NCBI GenBank assembly: GCA_903850425.1
Contig: CAINLR010000141.1
Span: 45,296-109,295 of the forward strand
DNA length: 64,000 bases
Source of the DNA: an uncultured Verrucomicrobia subdivision 3 bacterium
Lineage (GTDB): Bacteria > Verrucomicrobiota > Verrucomicrobiia > Limisphaerales > UBA11358
Direction of reading: 5' to 3'
In this document: positions 36,271-45,592 of the stretch, piece after piece
Layout: each line of letters starts with the position of its first letter
How positions within the stretch are numbered: the stretch's first letter is position 1
Position numbers and translations under genes: made by a program
Notes under the pieces: model-generated
Seen by the model: only the letters and a program-made list of their open reading frames with translations
Told to the model about the DNA's origin: nothing
Databases searched by the model: none

Positions 36271-37344
36271 ATGAGCGCCACAAAACTATCGCTGGTCATG
36301 ATCGCCAAGAACGAGGCGCGCTGCCTCGCGCGTTGCCTCCAGAGCGTCCGCGGCTTGGCCGACGAGATCATCGTCACCGACACCGGTTCGACGGACGATA
36401 CGGTGAAGATCGCCAAGGCAAATGGCGCAACCGTCTCGCACTTCACCTGGACCAGCGACTTCGCCGCCGCGCGAAACTTCGCGCTCGCACAAGCCACCGG
36501 CGATTGGATGCTCGTGCTCGATGCCGACGAATGGGCCAGCGAAACTCTGGCGCAAGAAATCAAAAATTTCATCGCAGGTCCGCCGCAGATCGGCCGCTTG
36601 AAAATCGTCAGCGACTTCCGGCACCACGGTCAAACGCAGCGTTCCAGCACCTTTGTCTCGCGCCTGTTTCCGCGCGGCGCAACATTCGCAGGCCGCATCC
36701 ACGAGCAGATTACCTCCCCCCTGCCACGCGTGAACCTGGCCGGGGAACTCTGGCACGACGGTTATCTCGAAACCAAAAAGACGGATCGCAATGTCAAGAT
36801 GTTGACGGCCGAGATTGCGCGTGAGCCGCAGAACGCCTATCTCCATTTTCAACTGGCACTTGAATACACCTCGCTCGGCCAGCCGCAAAACGCCTTTGCC
36901 AGCCTGCAAAAAGCCCGCGCGCACCTGAAGCCGTCCGACCCGTTCGCGCCAAACGTCGTGGTGGACTTTCTCTACGCCGCGATGGAGTTGAAGCAGTTCG
37001 ATGCCGGACTTGAAGTCCTCCGCGCCGCCGAAAACCAGCTCGCGGACTTCCCGGATTTTCATCACGTCTGCGGCTTGTTCTACCTGAAATTTGTGGGCAG
37101 CAATCCGGCGCAGCATATTGCCGACCTGCCGAAGATCGAACAGAGTTTTCAGCGCAGCCTCGCCCTCGGCGAAACGGACAAATACAAAAGCGTCCACGGC
37201 TCCGGCAGTTTTCTGGCGAACTATAATCTTGGCGTCTTCTACCACGTCTTTGGTGACGACGCCCGCGCCCAGAACTATCTTCAGCTTGCCGAGCAACAAG
37301 GCTACGCGCCCGCCGCCGCGCTCCTGAAAAAACTGAAGCCCTGA
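36271..37344 (+). CDS. Family-2 glycosyltransferase with C-terminal TPR region
   Basis: Start at [16 protein letters not shown]. The GT2 motifs are [12 protein letters not shown] and LVLDADE. TPR-like repeats follow ([27 protein letters not shown]). Confidence 0.8.
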   Translation: MSATKLSLVMIAKNEARCLARCLQSVRGLADEIIVTDTGSTDDTVKIAKANGATVSHFTWTSDFAAARNFALAQATGDWMLVLDADEWASETLAQEIKNFIAGPPQIGRLKIVSDFRHHGQTQRSSTFVSRLFPRGATFAGRIHEQITSPLPRVNLAGELWHDGYLETKKTDRNVKMLTAEIAREPQNAYLHFQLALEYTSLGQPQNAFASLQKARAHLKPSDPFAPNVVVDFLYAAMELKQFDAGLEVLRAAENQLADFPDFHHVCGLFYLKFVGSNPAQHIADLPKIEQSFQRSLALGETDKYKSVHGSGSFLANYNLGVFYHVFGDDARAQNYLQLAEQQGYAPAAALLKKLKP

Positions 37345-37723
37345 CGTGGTTCCACGCGGCTTCCAGCCATCAGACGCAGCCAACCCACCTGACCGGAGCG
37401 CCGGTTCAATGCGGGTGGCCAAGGCGCCGCGAGCAGTATCCGGCGACGGGTGGTGGGACTGGCAAGATGCCGGTTGCACTACATTAGCCATGCCGGCTGC
37501 GCGGGCAAATCGGATCGCGTGGCGACTCAGTCCAGCGAGCTGGATTCCCGCCACCCTTGCCGCCGATTCGTCCAATTGGAAGACCCAGCTTTACATTCCC
37601 GTAGCTTTGAGCGACAACATCCGCTGCACCATGATGAAAAGATTGTCTCGTGCCAACGCCTGCTTGCTGGACGCGGCTAATGGTCGGCGCGGATTGGAAA
37701 TTCATCGGTCAGCTAGAGCATTT

Positions 37724-40504
37724 ATGAGCATTCTCAACACCAACCTGGCCCGTCTCGTGATGTCGGGACTGCTGCTGTGGATCGTCCCGGTGGCTTCGGC
37801 CGTAGAGTTCCACGTCGCCCCGGATGGCAACGACGTTTGGAGCGGCAAGCTGGTCCGCCCCAACGCAGCCCGCACTGACGGGCCGTTAGCGACCCTCATC
37901 GGTGCGCGCGATGCCATCCGTCATTTGAAGCAAGCGGGGCAACTCCTGGAACCAGTAACCGTGGTGGTGGCCGCAGGCCGCTACGAAAGCCTCACGCCTC
38001 TCGAACTGAATTTTGAAGACACCGGCACCGCGTCAGCACCGATTACCTATCAAGCCGCCAAAGACGCGCACCCGGTATTCAGCGGCGGTCGCACGATTAA
38101 AGGCTGGCAAAGAGGAACCAACGGAGTCTGGCAGGCTCAATTGCCGAAAGTCGCCGCCGGACATTGGTATTTTGAACAGCTCTGGGTGAATGGTCACCGC
38201 GCCACCCGCGCCCGAACGCCGAATCATTTCTGGTATTACCTGCGGGATGTGCAAGAGGAACCGCTCGGCATTCAAGGCGGCCGGCGCACCCAGGAGGCCC
38301 GACAAACGGTGCGTTTGCGGCCCGACGACTTTAAAGCTGTCGCTGGCCTCTCGCCGGAAGAACTCAAGGACATGAACCTGATAGTCTATCATAACTGGGA
38401 TGTGACTCGGCGCTTTATTGACAAGTTAGACGAACCCGAACAGTCGCTCTTCACCAGCGGCGAAGGGATGAAGTCGTGGAACCCGTGGCGCCAGAACGCA
38501 CAGTTCATACTAGAGAATGCCCGCCGCTTTCTGGACGCTCCGGGCGAATGGTTCCTGAGTAGGGAGGGAACACTCTACTATCAACCATTGCCGGGTGAAG
38601 ATATGAATCAGGCCGAGGTCATCGCACCGGTAGCCGAGAAGTTCATCGTCATTCGAGGTGATCCAGCAGCGGGCAAGTTCGTCGAGCATCTGACTTTCAA
38701 AGGACTGGCTTTCGAACATGCGCAGTGGCTAACGCCGCCGGGCGGCTTTGAACCAGCCCAAGCAGCGGCACCGATTGATGCCGTGGTCATGGCGGATGGT
38801 GCCCGCAAGCTCGCGTTTGAGGATTGTGCGTTCAGCCATATCGGCACCTACGGCATCTGGTTTCGGCATGGTTGCCAGGATGATGTCATTCGCCATTGCC
38901 GAATCGAAGACTTTGGCGCTGGTGGCGTGCGCATTGGTGAAACGCAAATGCCGAAAGACTCCGCTGCCAGCACCAGCCACATTATTGTTGACAACAATAT
39001 CATTCGTCACGGTGGCTATATCTTCCCGTGCGCCGTGGGCGTGTGGATCGGGTTTAGTCCAGACAACCAGATTACCCACAACGAAATTGCCGATCTATTT
39101 TACACTGGCATCAGCGTGGGCTGGCGCTGGGGTTATGCAGAGAGCAACTGCAAACGAAACGATATTTCCTTCAATCATGTCCATCATCTGGGCTGGGGAC
39201 TGCTGAGTGACATGGGCGGCATCTACACGCTTGGGCCCTCGGAAGGGACTACGGTGCGCAACAATGTATTTCATGACATCCAGGCCTATTCCTACGGCGG
39301 TTGGGGACTCTATACCGACGAAGGCAGCACTGGCATACTGTTCGAGAACAACCTGGTCTATGACACCAAGACTGGCAGCTTCCATCAGCACTACGGCAAG
39401 GAAAACATTCTGCGGAACAATATTCTGGTGAATAGCCTGGAACATCAATTACAAGTCACTCGCGTGGAAGACCACCTCTCCTTTACCTTCGAGCACAACC
39501 TTGTCTATTGGACGAACAGTAGTCCGGCGCTGGCCGGAGCCTGGCTGGAAAATCGCCAACTCACCCAGAGTAATCTCTACTGGAATGCCAATAGTTCTCC
39601 CGTCACCTTTGCCGGCAAGTCTCTCGCAGACTGGCAGCATATTTTGATAAAGGCACCGGCTACGAATGATTCAGTGGACAAACCTCAATGGGCTGGGATA
39701 GGTCGTGAACAAGGCAGTCAGATCGCCGATCCACTCTTTGTTGACGCTGCCCTACACGACTTTCATCTCCAACCAAACTCTCCAGCCTTGAAGCTTGGCT
39801 TCAAGCCCTTTGATTACTCGCAAGCCGGGGTGTATGGCGATGCTGCCTGGCGGGCGGAAGTGCAGCGGGCGACCTACCCGCCGCTGGGAATGGCACCAAA
39901 ACCAACGCCGGCACCGATGGCGTTTGATTTCGAGCACGACCGAACGGGCAAGCCACCGCGCGATTTTGAAATCAGCCTGGATGGCAGAGGCGATTCGATC
40001 CTCGTTACCGACGAGACCGCGGCAACGGGGCATCATAGCCTGAAAATAATTGACGCGCCGGGGCTCAGGAATATCTGGCAGCCGCATCTCTACCTCAAGA
40101 CGGACTACCACGAAGGACAGGTGCGAAACCGCTTTGCCCTGCGACTCGAAGCCGGAGCGAAGGTGGCCTTTGAGTGGCGCGATTGGAGCCAGGCGGAATA
40201 TCACACCGGCCCGCAGCTTACTGTGCGCGAGGGCAAGCTTAGAGTCGGCGGTCAGGAACTGCTTGAGCTGCCCGACAACCAGTGGGTGCGATTCGAAGTG
40301 ACCACCAGTCTTGGTTCGACTGACAAAGGAAGTTGGTCACTGACGGTCACGGTTCCTGGCCAGGCACCACACGAATGGAAGAACCTTGCCTACGGCAGTC
40401 CGCAATTCAAAACACTCACTTGGATCGGCTTTACGAGCGATGCCAACGAGAAAACTATATTCTATTTGGATGACTTTGTCGTGGAGTCAACATCGTCGCA
40501 GTAA
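37724..40504 (+). CDS. Secreted right-handed parallel beta-helix protein (start uncertain)
   Basis: The signal-like start is [26 protein letters not shown]. It is followed by [15 protein letters not shown] and beta-helix repeats ([11 protein letters not shown].., [18 protein letters not shown].., [34 protein letters not shown]). Confidence 0.7.
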   Translation: MSILNTNLARLVMSGLLLWIVPVASAVEFHVAPDGNDVWSGKLVRPNAARTDGPLATLIGARDAIRHLKQAGQLLEPVTVVVAAGRYESLTPLELNFEDTGTASAPITYQAAKDAHPVFSGGRTIKGWQRGTNGVWQAQLPKVAAGHWYFEQLWVNGHRATRARTPNHFWYYLRDVQEEPLGIQGGRRTQEARQTVRLRPDDFKAVAGLSPEELKDMNLIVYHNWDVTRRFIDKLDEPEQSLFTSGEGMKSWNPWRQNAQFILENARRFLDAPGEWFLSREGTLYYQPLPGEDMNQAEVIAPVAEKFIVIRGDPAAGKFVEHLTFKGLAFEHAQWLTPPGGFEPAQAAAPIDAVVMADGARKLAFEDCAFSHIGTYGIWFRHGCQDDVIRHCRIEDFGAGGVRIGETQMPKDSAASTSHIIVDNNIIRHGGYIFPCAVGVWIGFSPDNQITHNEIADLFYTGISVGWRWGYAESNCKRNDISFNHVHHLGWGLLSDMGGIYTLGPSEGTTVRNNVFHDIQAYSYGGWGLYTDEGSTGILFENNLVYDTKTGSFHQHYGKENILRNNILVNSLEHQLQVTRVEDHLSFTFEHNLVYWTNSSPALAGAWLENRQLTQSNLYWNANSSPVTFAGKSLADWQHILIKAPATNDSVDKPQWAGIGREQGSQIADPLFVDAALHDFHLQPNSPALKLGFKPFDYSQAGVYGDAAWRAEVQRATYPPLGMAPKPTPAPMAFDFEHDRTGKPPRDFEISLDGRGDSILVTDETAATGHHSLKIIDAPGLRNIWQPHLYLKTDYHEGQVRNRFALRLEAGAKVAFEWRDWSQAEYHTGPQLTVREGKLRVGGQELLELPDNQWVRFEVTTSLGSTDKGSWSLTVTVPGQAPHEWKNLAYGSPQFKTLTWIGFTSDANEKTIFYLDDFVVESTSSQ

Positions 40505-40528
40505 CTGGGAACCAAGCTAGGACTTTGC

Positions 40529-41527
40529 TCAAGCCACATTCGCGTAGCGCGAATGTCCATCCAAGTAGGCCCAATGCCGGTAGGGTTCATACTGGCTCTT
40601 CGCCGCACAACGCTTCTCCAATGCCGCCATTTCTTCGGAGGTATATGGCTTGAAATTCGCCGCCACGCTCGCGTTCTGCTTCAGCCAGGCGAGTGAGTCA
40701 ATGCCGGAAATCAATGTTGTGATCGGCAAACTCAGGGTATAACGCAAGGCTTCCTCGGACGTGATGATGCCGTCTTTGACCGACTGACCATTGCCGCCCA
40801 ACGTTTTCATCGCCAGCGGCGCAATGCCTTGTTTGATCAACTCCGGCAACACGAGTTTTTGAAATCCTTCCGCGTGTGAGTCGAAGACCGACAACGGCAT
40901 TTGAACCGTGTCGAAAGGATATTTATGCGCCAAGACCCGCAAGTGCATCTTCGGATTCAGATGTCCCGTGAAACCGCAGTATCGAATTTTCCCCTGTTTG
41001 CGGGCCTGCTCAATAGCTTCGATGACTCCGCCGGGCGCGAAGATGGCCTCAACTTCCGCTTCCGAACCGATCTGATGCACTTGCCAGAGATCAAGGTGAT
41101 CGGTCTTCAGTCGCGTCAGGGACTGTTCCAGCATGGCCAGGGCTTTTTCCTTACCCTGCTGTCCTGGCCGGTGCGTGCAAACCTTGGTCATGAGAAAAAC
41201 CTGGTCGCGTTTGCCGGCGAGCGCTTGGCCCATCCACTCCTCGCCCCGGCCTTCGTGATATTCCCAGGCGTTGTCGAAGAACGTCACGCCATAATCAATG
41301 GCTTCATGCGCGATGCGCGTCGCCTCCTCAACCGTCTTCGCAACCGCCAGGGTATGTCCGCCGATGCCCAGCGACGAAACCTGTTCGTCATGCCGTCCGA
41401 GTTTGCGGTGGGGCACTTTTAGCTCCGGAGCGCTGGCGAGGGTGGTCCGGTTCAGCGCCACGGCAGCACCGGCAATTCCCACGGTCTTCAAAAAAGTTCG
41501 GCGGTTTTGGTAGGCTGAATGACGCAT
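40529..41527 (-). CDS. Aldo/keto reductase with a twin-arginine signal peptide
   Basis: It begins MRHSAYQNRRTFLKTVGIAGAAVAL (a Tat motif). It is followed by an AKR fold (GVTFFDNAWEYHEGRGE, HLDLWQVHQ, IRYCGFTGH). Confidence 0.88.
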   Translation of the reverse strand: MRHSAYQNRRTFLKTVGIAGAAVALNRTTLASAPELKVPHRKLGRHDEQVSSLGIGGHTLAVAKTVEEATRIAHEAIDYGVTFFDNAWEYHEGRGEEWMGQALAGKRDQVFLMTKVCTHRPGQQGKEKALAMLEQSLTRLKTDHLDLWQVHQIGSEAEVEAIFAPGGVIEAIEQARKQGKIRYCGFTGHLNPKMHLRVLAHKYPFDTVQMPLSVFDSHAEGFQKLVLPELIKQGIAPLAMKTLGGNGQSVKDGIITSEEALRYTLSLPITTLISGIDSLAWLKQNASVAANFKPYTSEEMAALEKRCAAKSQYEPYRHWAYLDGHSRYANVA

Positions 41528-41678
41528 GGTTCGATTCTGTATTTTGACAGCACAAAAGAAAGCAGAATCGCGAGCGAATCAGAAGCCGCCGCATCCAGAC
41601 ACGGAAACATCGCCGGCCGGCAGCGGAAAAAACTTCCCGGCCAGATCGTTGGTCGGGGAGGGACCAGCGAAAGGGCAA

Positions 41679-42389
41679 TTATTTATTTGAGCCGCTGATC
41701 TTGCTGAGCAGGCGCAGGAGTTCCAGATAGAGCCACACCAGCGTGATCAAAAGTCCCATGGCGCAATACCACTCCATATACTTGGGTTTCTCCGCGCGCA
41801 CGCCGTCCTCGATCATACGGAAATCAACCAGCAGATTGGCCGCCGCAATCCCGGTCGTGACCAGGCTGATGCCGATGCCAATCCAGCCCGCTTGGTGAAT
41901 GTAAGGCATGTTGACTCCGAACATGCGCAACCCCATGTCCACGAGGTAAACCACGGCCACGGCCGCGGTCGCGGCAAAAATGCCGGTCACCAAGCCGTCG
42001 GTCACTTTGACAATCCGGGAGGCGTAAAGTCCCAGCAGCACAAACAAAACCGCCGCCGTCAACAGGCCGGCATTCAGGGCGATGCCCGGGTATTTAATAT
42101 TGTAGAACAGCGCGATGCCGCCCAGCACCAGGCCTTCCAATAGCGCGTAAACCGGTGCCAGCACCGGCGTCCACTCCGCCTTGAAAGTGCCGATCATCGC
42201 GACAATGAAGCCGCCGAGGAGCGCGCCGAGGATGGCGCCGCCACTGAGGCCATGCGTCCAGGCGTAATCGCCGGCGCACAGGCAGATCACCAGAAGCACG
42301 CCCGTCCGGTTGATCGTGCCGTTGAGCGTCATGGGGCGGTCCCCTGTGCTCACTTCATCAAGGCCGCGGGTCAAAAATGGATTGCTCAT
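41679..42389 (-). CDS. Bax-inhibitor-1/YccA family membrane protein
   Basis: Start at MSNPFLTRG. There are seven hydrophobic helices, and the C-terminus (KPKYMEWYCAMGLLITLVWLYLELLRLL) is typical of the BI-1 family. Confidence 0.85.
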   Translation of the reverse strand: MSNPFLTRGLDEVSTGDRPMTLNGTINRTGVLLVICLCAGDYAWTHGLSGGAILGALLGGFIVAMIGTFKAEWTPVLAPVYALLEGLVLGGIALFYNIKYPGIALNAGLLTAAVLFVLLGLYASRIVKVTDGLVTGIFAATAAVAVVYLVDMGLRMFGVNMPYIHQAGWIGIGISLVTTGIAAANLLVDFRMIEDGVRAEKPKYMEWYCAMGLLITLVWLYLELLRLLSKISGSNK

Positions 42390-42657
42390 AATTTTTCCAA
42401 AACGAACGAAGACATACTTACGGGAACTGGGCGCGCTTGTAAATCCCACGCTGCAACCCTCGGTCGCCAGACGCGGCGCGTGACCATCCCCTGTTTCGGT
42501 GATTGGAGCCTCACCATGTCGGGGTATTGCCTCGTTTGAAGAAATAAAACTATCATCCCGCTACACATGTCATCCCAGGGCTTTGTCCCGTCAGCCCAAC
42601 GCCTGCCAATGTTCATTGGCCAGGCTTCTGGCATTGGCATGATTGGCAAACGAGCGC

Positions 42658-45576
42658 ATGACGGCGCCGAAGCCCCATCGCTCCGGCGGCCCTAAGCTGA
42701 GATCCGTGAATTCCTGCACATTATCATTCTTGGTTCGCGGCTGTCGGCAACTGGCGTCGGCAATTTGCCTGGGCCTGCTGCTGCCAGTGGCCGCCCCGCC
42801 GTCGCGGGCAGCGGCGGCCCCGGCAATGATATTTTGCAATGGCGGCATGGGCGGCGCCGCCGGGTTGACCGCTGCGCAGATCAGCGGATTGCGCGCGTCG
42901 GGCATGACGACAATGGTCATTTTCAACCTGGGCGTTGCGACCAATGGCGACTTCACGTATGGCGGCACGGTCTGCAGCAACGGCGTCTATGTGGGGCCGT
43001 CGAACTGGGGCTCGCTGCTCAGCCAATGCCGCACCCAGCCATCAAGCATCACGCGAATTGAAATCTGCATCGGCGGTTGGACCGACCCGAGCTGGACCAA
43101 CATCAAGAACCTCATCGCCGCCAACAGCACCAATGTTCTCTACCAAAACTTGCTCGCCTTGAAGAATGCGCTGGGCCTTGATGCGATTGACAACGATGAC
43201 GAAGCGGCCTACGACTCCGCATCCACCATCAAGTTTGGCCAGATGTGCGCCTCGGTTGGCTTGAAGTCTACGCTCTGTCCCTACACCAATCCCGGCTACT
43301 GGCAGGCGGTGAAGACCGGCTTGGGCACCAACTGCGACCAGGTCTATCTGCAATGTTACGATGGCGGCGCGGGCAACAGCCCCGCGACGTGGAACACTTA
43401 CTTCGGTGGATTGAAGGTGGTCACTGGCTATTGGGATTGGGAACGCGACACCACCTTTCTAACCAAAATGCAGCAAGGACAAAACGGTGGCTCCACCGGA
43501 GGCTTTCTGTGGCCTTCCTGCACCGGCTGCAATCCACCCGCCGATGGCAATGAGATGAGCCAGTATGCCGCCTGGATTCTCGACACCTTCAATCCCGTGG
43601 TGCTACCTGTAACGGCGGCGGATGTGGTAGGCAGCCAAGTTACGTTTGCCGTAGCTTTGGGCGGCAATAATACCTATCAGTGGAAGATGATTCGCGGCGG
43701 CACAACGAATACTATTCCCGGCGCAACGAATGCAGCGCTGACCCTGGTGAACCTGCAACTCACAAACACGGCAGTCTATCAAGTCGTCGTCTCGAATACT
43801 GCCGGCCTGGTGGTGAGCAGCCCGGGTTCGCTCACGGTGGCCGGCGCGCCGACCGCGGTGAACAATGTCATCGCCACCTATGCCGGGCAGACCGGCCTGG
43901 GCTATGGCATTCCGTTCACGCCCACCTGGACGCTGGCACCAGCGAGCGCGGTTGCCGGTCAGGCCCCGATCAGCACCAATGGCAACTTTAATCTGGAGAC
44001 CTTTGGCGGTGGTCGGAATGTCAATACTCTGACCGCTGGAGGCAGTCTTACGATCAGCCAGCCCGGAGGTGTGACGGGCACGAACTACCTGACCTGCGGC
44101 AATGGCAGCGGAGCTGGTTCCGCTTTGATCTACACGCTGACCAACACTTCCACCGGCGGTTACAGCGTCACGAACATCACGGTCTATGGTGGTTGGAAGG
44201 ACGCCGGCCGTGATCAGCAGGCTTACGCCGTTTACTATTCCAAGTTGTCCACACCCGCTACCTTCATCCTGCTGGGAAGTGTGAACTACAATCCGGCGAA
44301 TGCTTCCAACGCCCCATCCGCCACGCGGGCCACGCTGACAGCGGCGTCCGGCGCGCTGGCAACCAATGTGGCGGCGGTTAAATTTGACTTTACCAATCCG
44401 GCTTCGGAGAACGGTTACTGTGGCTACGCAGAAATTGCAGTCTATGGCGTGCCGGTCAGTCCGGTCGTGGCCCAGAATACGTTGCCGGCCACGGCGGCGG
44501 ATGTCGTCGGCAGCCAGGTCAGCTTTACGGCGGCATTTGCTTCCGCTAATCCGCTAGCCTACCAGTGGCTGAAGATCAGTGGTGGCACCACGAACCCGGT
44601 TGCCGGTGCGACGAATGCGACGTTGACCCTAACCAATCTTCAATTAACCGACACGGCGAACTACCAACTGCGGGCCACCAATGCGTTTGGCATGGCTTTC
44701 AGCAGTGTGAGTGCGCTCACCGTAAGCAGCGTGCCTGTGGCCGAGAACAACATTATCACTTCCTACGCCGCCCAAACAGGTCTGGGCAGTGCGGCAACCA
44801 ACTTTGTGCCAACGTGGAGTATTGCGCCGGGCAGTTTGATCGCCGGCCAGTCGCCCAGCAGCGTGGGCAGCGGTAGTTTCAGTCTCTACTTGGCAGGTGT
44901 CGTTGCGACGCTGACCGACGGCAGCTTTGGCTGGCTGAACTATTGGCCGAACACCGGGAGCAGTCCATCCGAAGTGACTTGCGGAACCGCCGTCGGCGGT
45001 GCCGGACAGTCGGTGACTTACACGCTGACCGGTTCAGTCAGCGGCTACACGCTCACTAACCTCGTAGTCTATGGCGGGTGGGGCGACGCGGGTCGCGATC
45101 AACAAGCCTATACGGTGTATTACTCCAAAGTAGCGACGCCCACGACTTTCATCCCACTCGGCCCGGTCAACTACAATCCGGCAAATCCTGCGGGCGTTCA
45201 GTCTGCCACCCGGGCGACGCTGACGCCGGTGAACGGAGTCTTGGCCACCAATGTCGCGGCGGTGAAGTTCGATTTCACCACGCCGGCCCCGGAGAATGCC
45301 TATTGCGGCTATTCGGAAATTGATCTTTACGGCTTGCCCACGCCGGTCATGGCAACGAATCCCACGAACATTACATTTCAAATATCAGCCAACGCCCTGC
45401 GGCTCAGTTGGCCGGCTGATCACACGGGTTGGCGGTTGCAGGCGCAAACCAATGACGTGACCCTGGGTTTGGGGACCAACTGGGTAGATGTCGCGGGCGC
45501 GACCGGCACCAACCAGATGGCCCTTCCCATTAATCCGGCGAGCGGCGGCGTCTTTTATCGAATGGTCAACCCGTGA
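42658..45576 (+). CDS. Secreted multidomain protein: GH18-like TIM-barrel domain, then 2 x (Ig-like plus ~200-aa beta-sandwich-like module), then a C-terminal FYRM module (start uncertain; track ORF starts at TTG 42643)
   Basis: The hydrophobic leader is ICLGLLLPVAAPPSRAAAA. GH18-like hallmarks are CIGGWTD and LGLDAIDNDDE, which fits the DxxDxDxE pattern. Ig-like units carry YQWK/YQWLK..GG...GATNA.LTL.NLQ. Two modules carry VYGGW(K/G)DAGRDQQAY. Confidence 0.7.
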   Translation: MTAPKPHRSGGPKLRSVNSCTLSFLVRGCRQLASAICLGLLLPVAAPPSRAAAAPAMIFCNGGMGGAAGLTAAQISGLRASGMTTMVIFNLGVATNGDFTYGGTVCSNGVYVGPSNWGSLLSQCRTQPSSITRIEICIGGWTDPSWTNIKNLIAANSTNVLYQNLLALKNALGLDAIDNDDEAAYDSASTIKFGQMCASVGLKSTLCPYTNPGYWQAVKTGLGTNCDQVYLQCYDGGAGNSPATWNTYFGGLKVVTGYWDWERDTTFLTKMQQGQNGGSTGGFLWPSCTGCNPPADGNEMSQYAAWILDTFNPVVLPVTAADVVGSQVTFAVALGGNNTYQWKMIRGGTTNTIPGATNAALTLVNLQLTNTAVYQVVVSNTAGLVVSSPGSLTVAGAPTAVNNVIATYAGQTGLGYGIPFTPTWTLAPASAVAGQAPISTNGNFNLETFGGGRNVNTLTAGGSLTISQPGGVTGTNYLTCGNGSGAGSALIYTLTNTSTGGYSVTNITVYGGWKDAGRDQQAYAVYYSKLSTPATFILLGSVNYNPANASNAPSATRATLTAASGALATNVAAVKFDFTNPASENGYCGYAEIAVYGVPVSPVVAQNTLPATAADVVGSQVSFTAAFASANPLAYQWLKISGGTTNPVAGATNATLTLTNLQLTDTANYQLRATNAFGMAFSSVSALTVSSVPVAENNIITSYAAQTGLGSAATNFVPTWSIAPGSLIAGQSPSSVGSGSFSLYLAGVVATLTDGSFGWLNYWPNTGSSPSEVTCGTAVGGAGQSVTYTLTGSVSGYTLTNLVVYGGWGDAGRDQQAYTVYYSKVATPTTFIPLGPVNYNPANPAGVQSATRATLTPVNGVLATNVAAVKFDFTTPAPENAYCGYSEIDLYGLPTPVMATNPTNITFQISANALRLSWPADHTGWRLQAQTNDVTLGLGTNWVDVAGATGTNQMALPINPASGGVFYRMVNP

Positions 45577-45592
45577 CTTGGAAAATGTCTCC

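Noticed and set aside
36006-36572. N-terminal 189-codon extension of the RAYT ORF (track ORF 35436-36572)
   Set aside because: The extension reads through a REP unit and overlaps the divergent GT2 gene. RAYT homology begins at the internal ATG at 36005.
45488-45592. N-terminal extensions of track ORFs, for example 45488-45592, 52026-52139, 33068-33361, 33175-33444, 37346-37723, 32242-32280, 12102-12203, 4492-5880 (part upstream of 5232), 7065-7142, 42390-42449, 36217-36270, 61752-61850, 63801-63920
   Set aside because: These segments overlap the preceding gene or intergenic DNA. Downstream of each lies an in-frame start that gives a canonical signal peptide or a conserved N-terminus.
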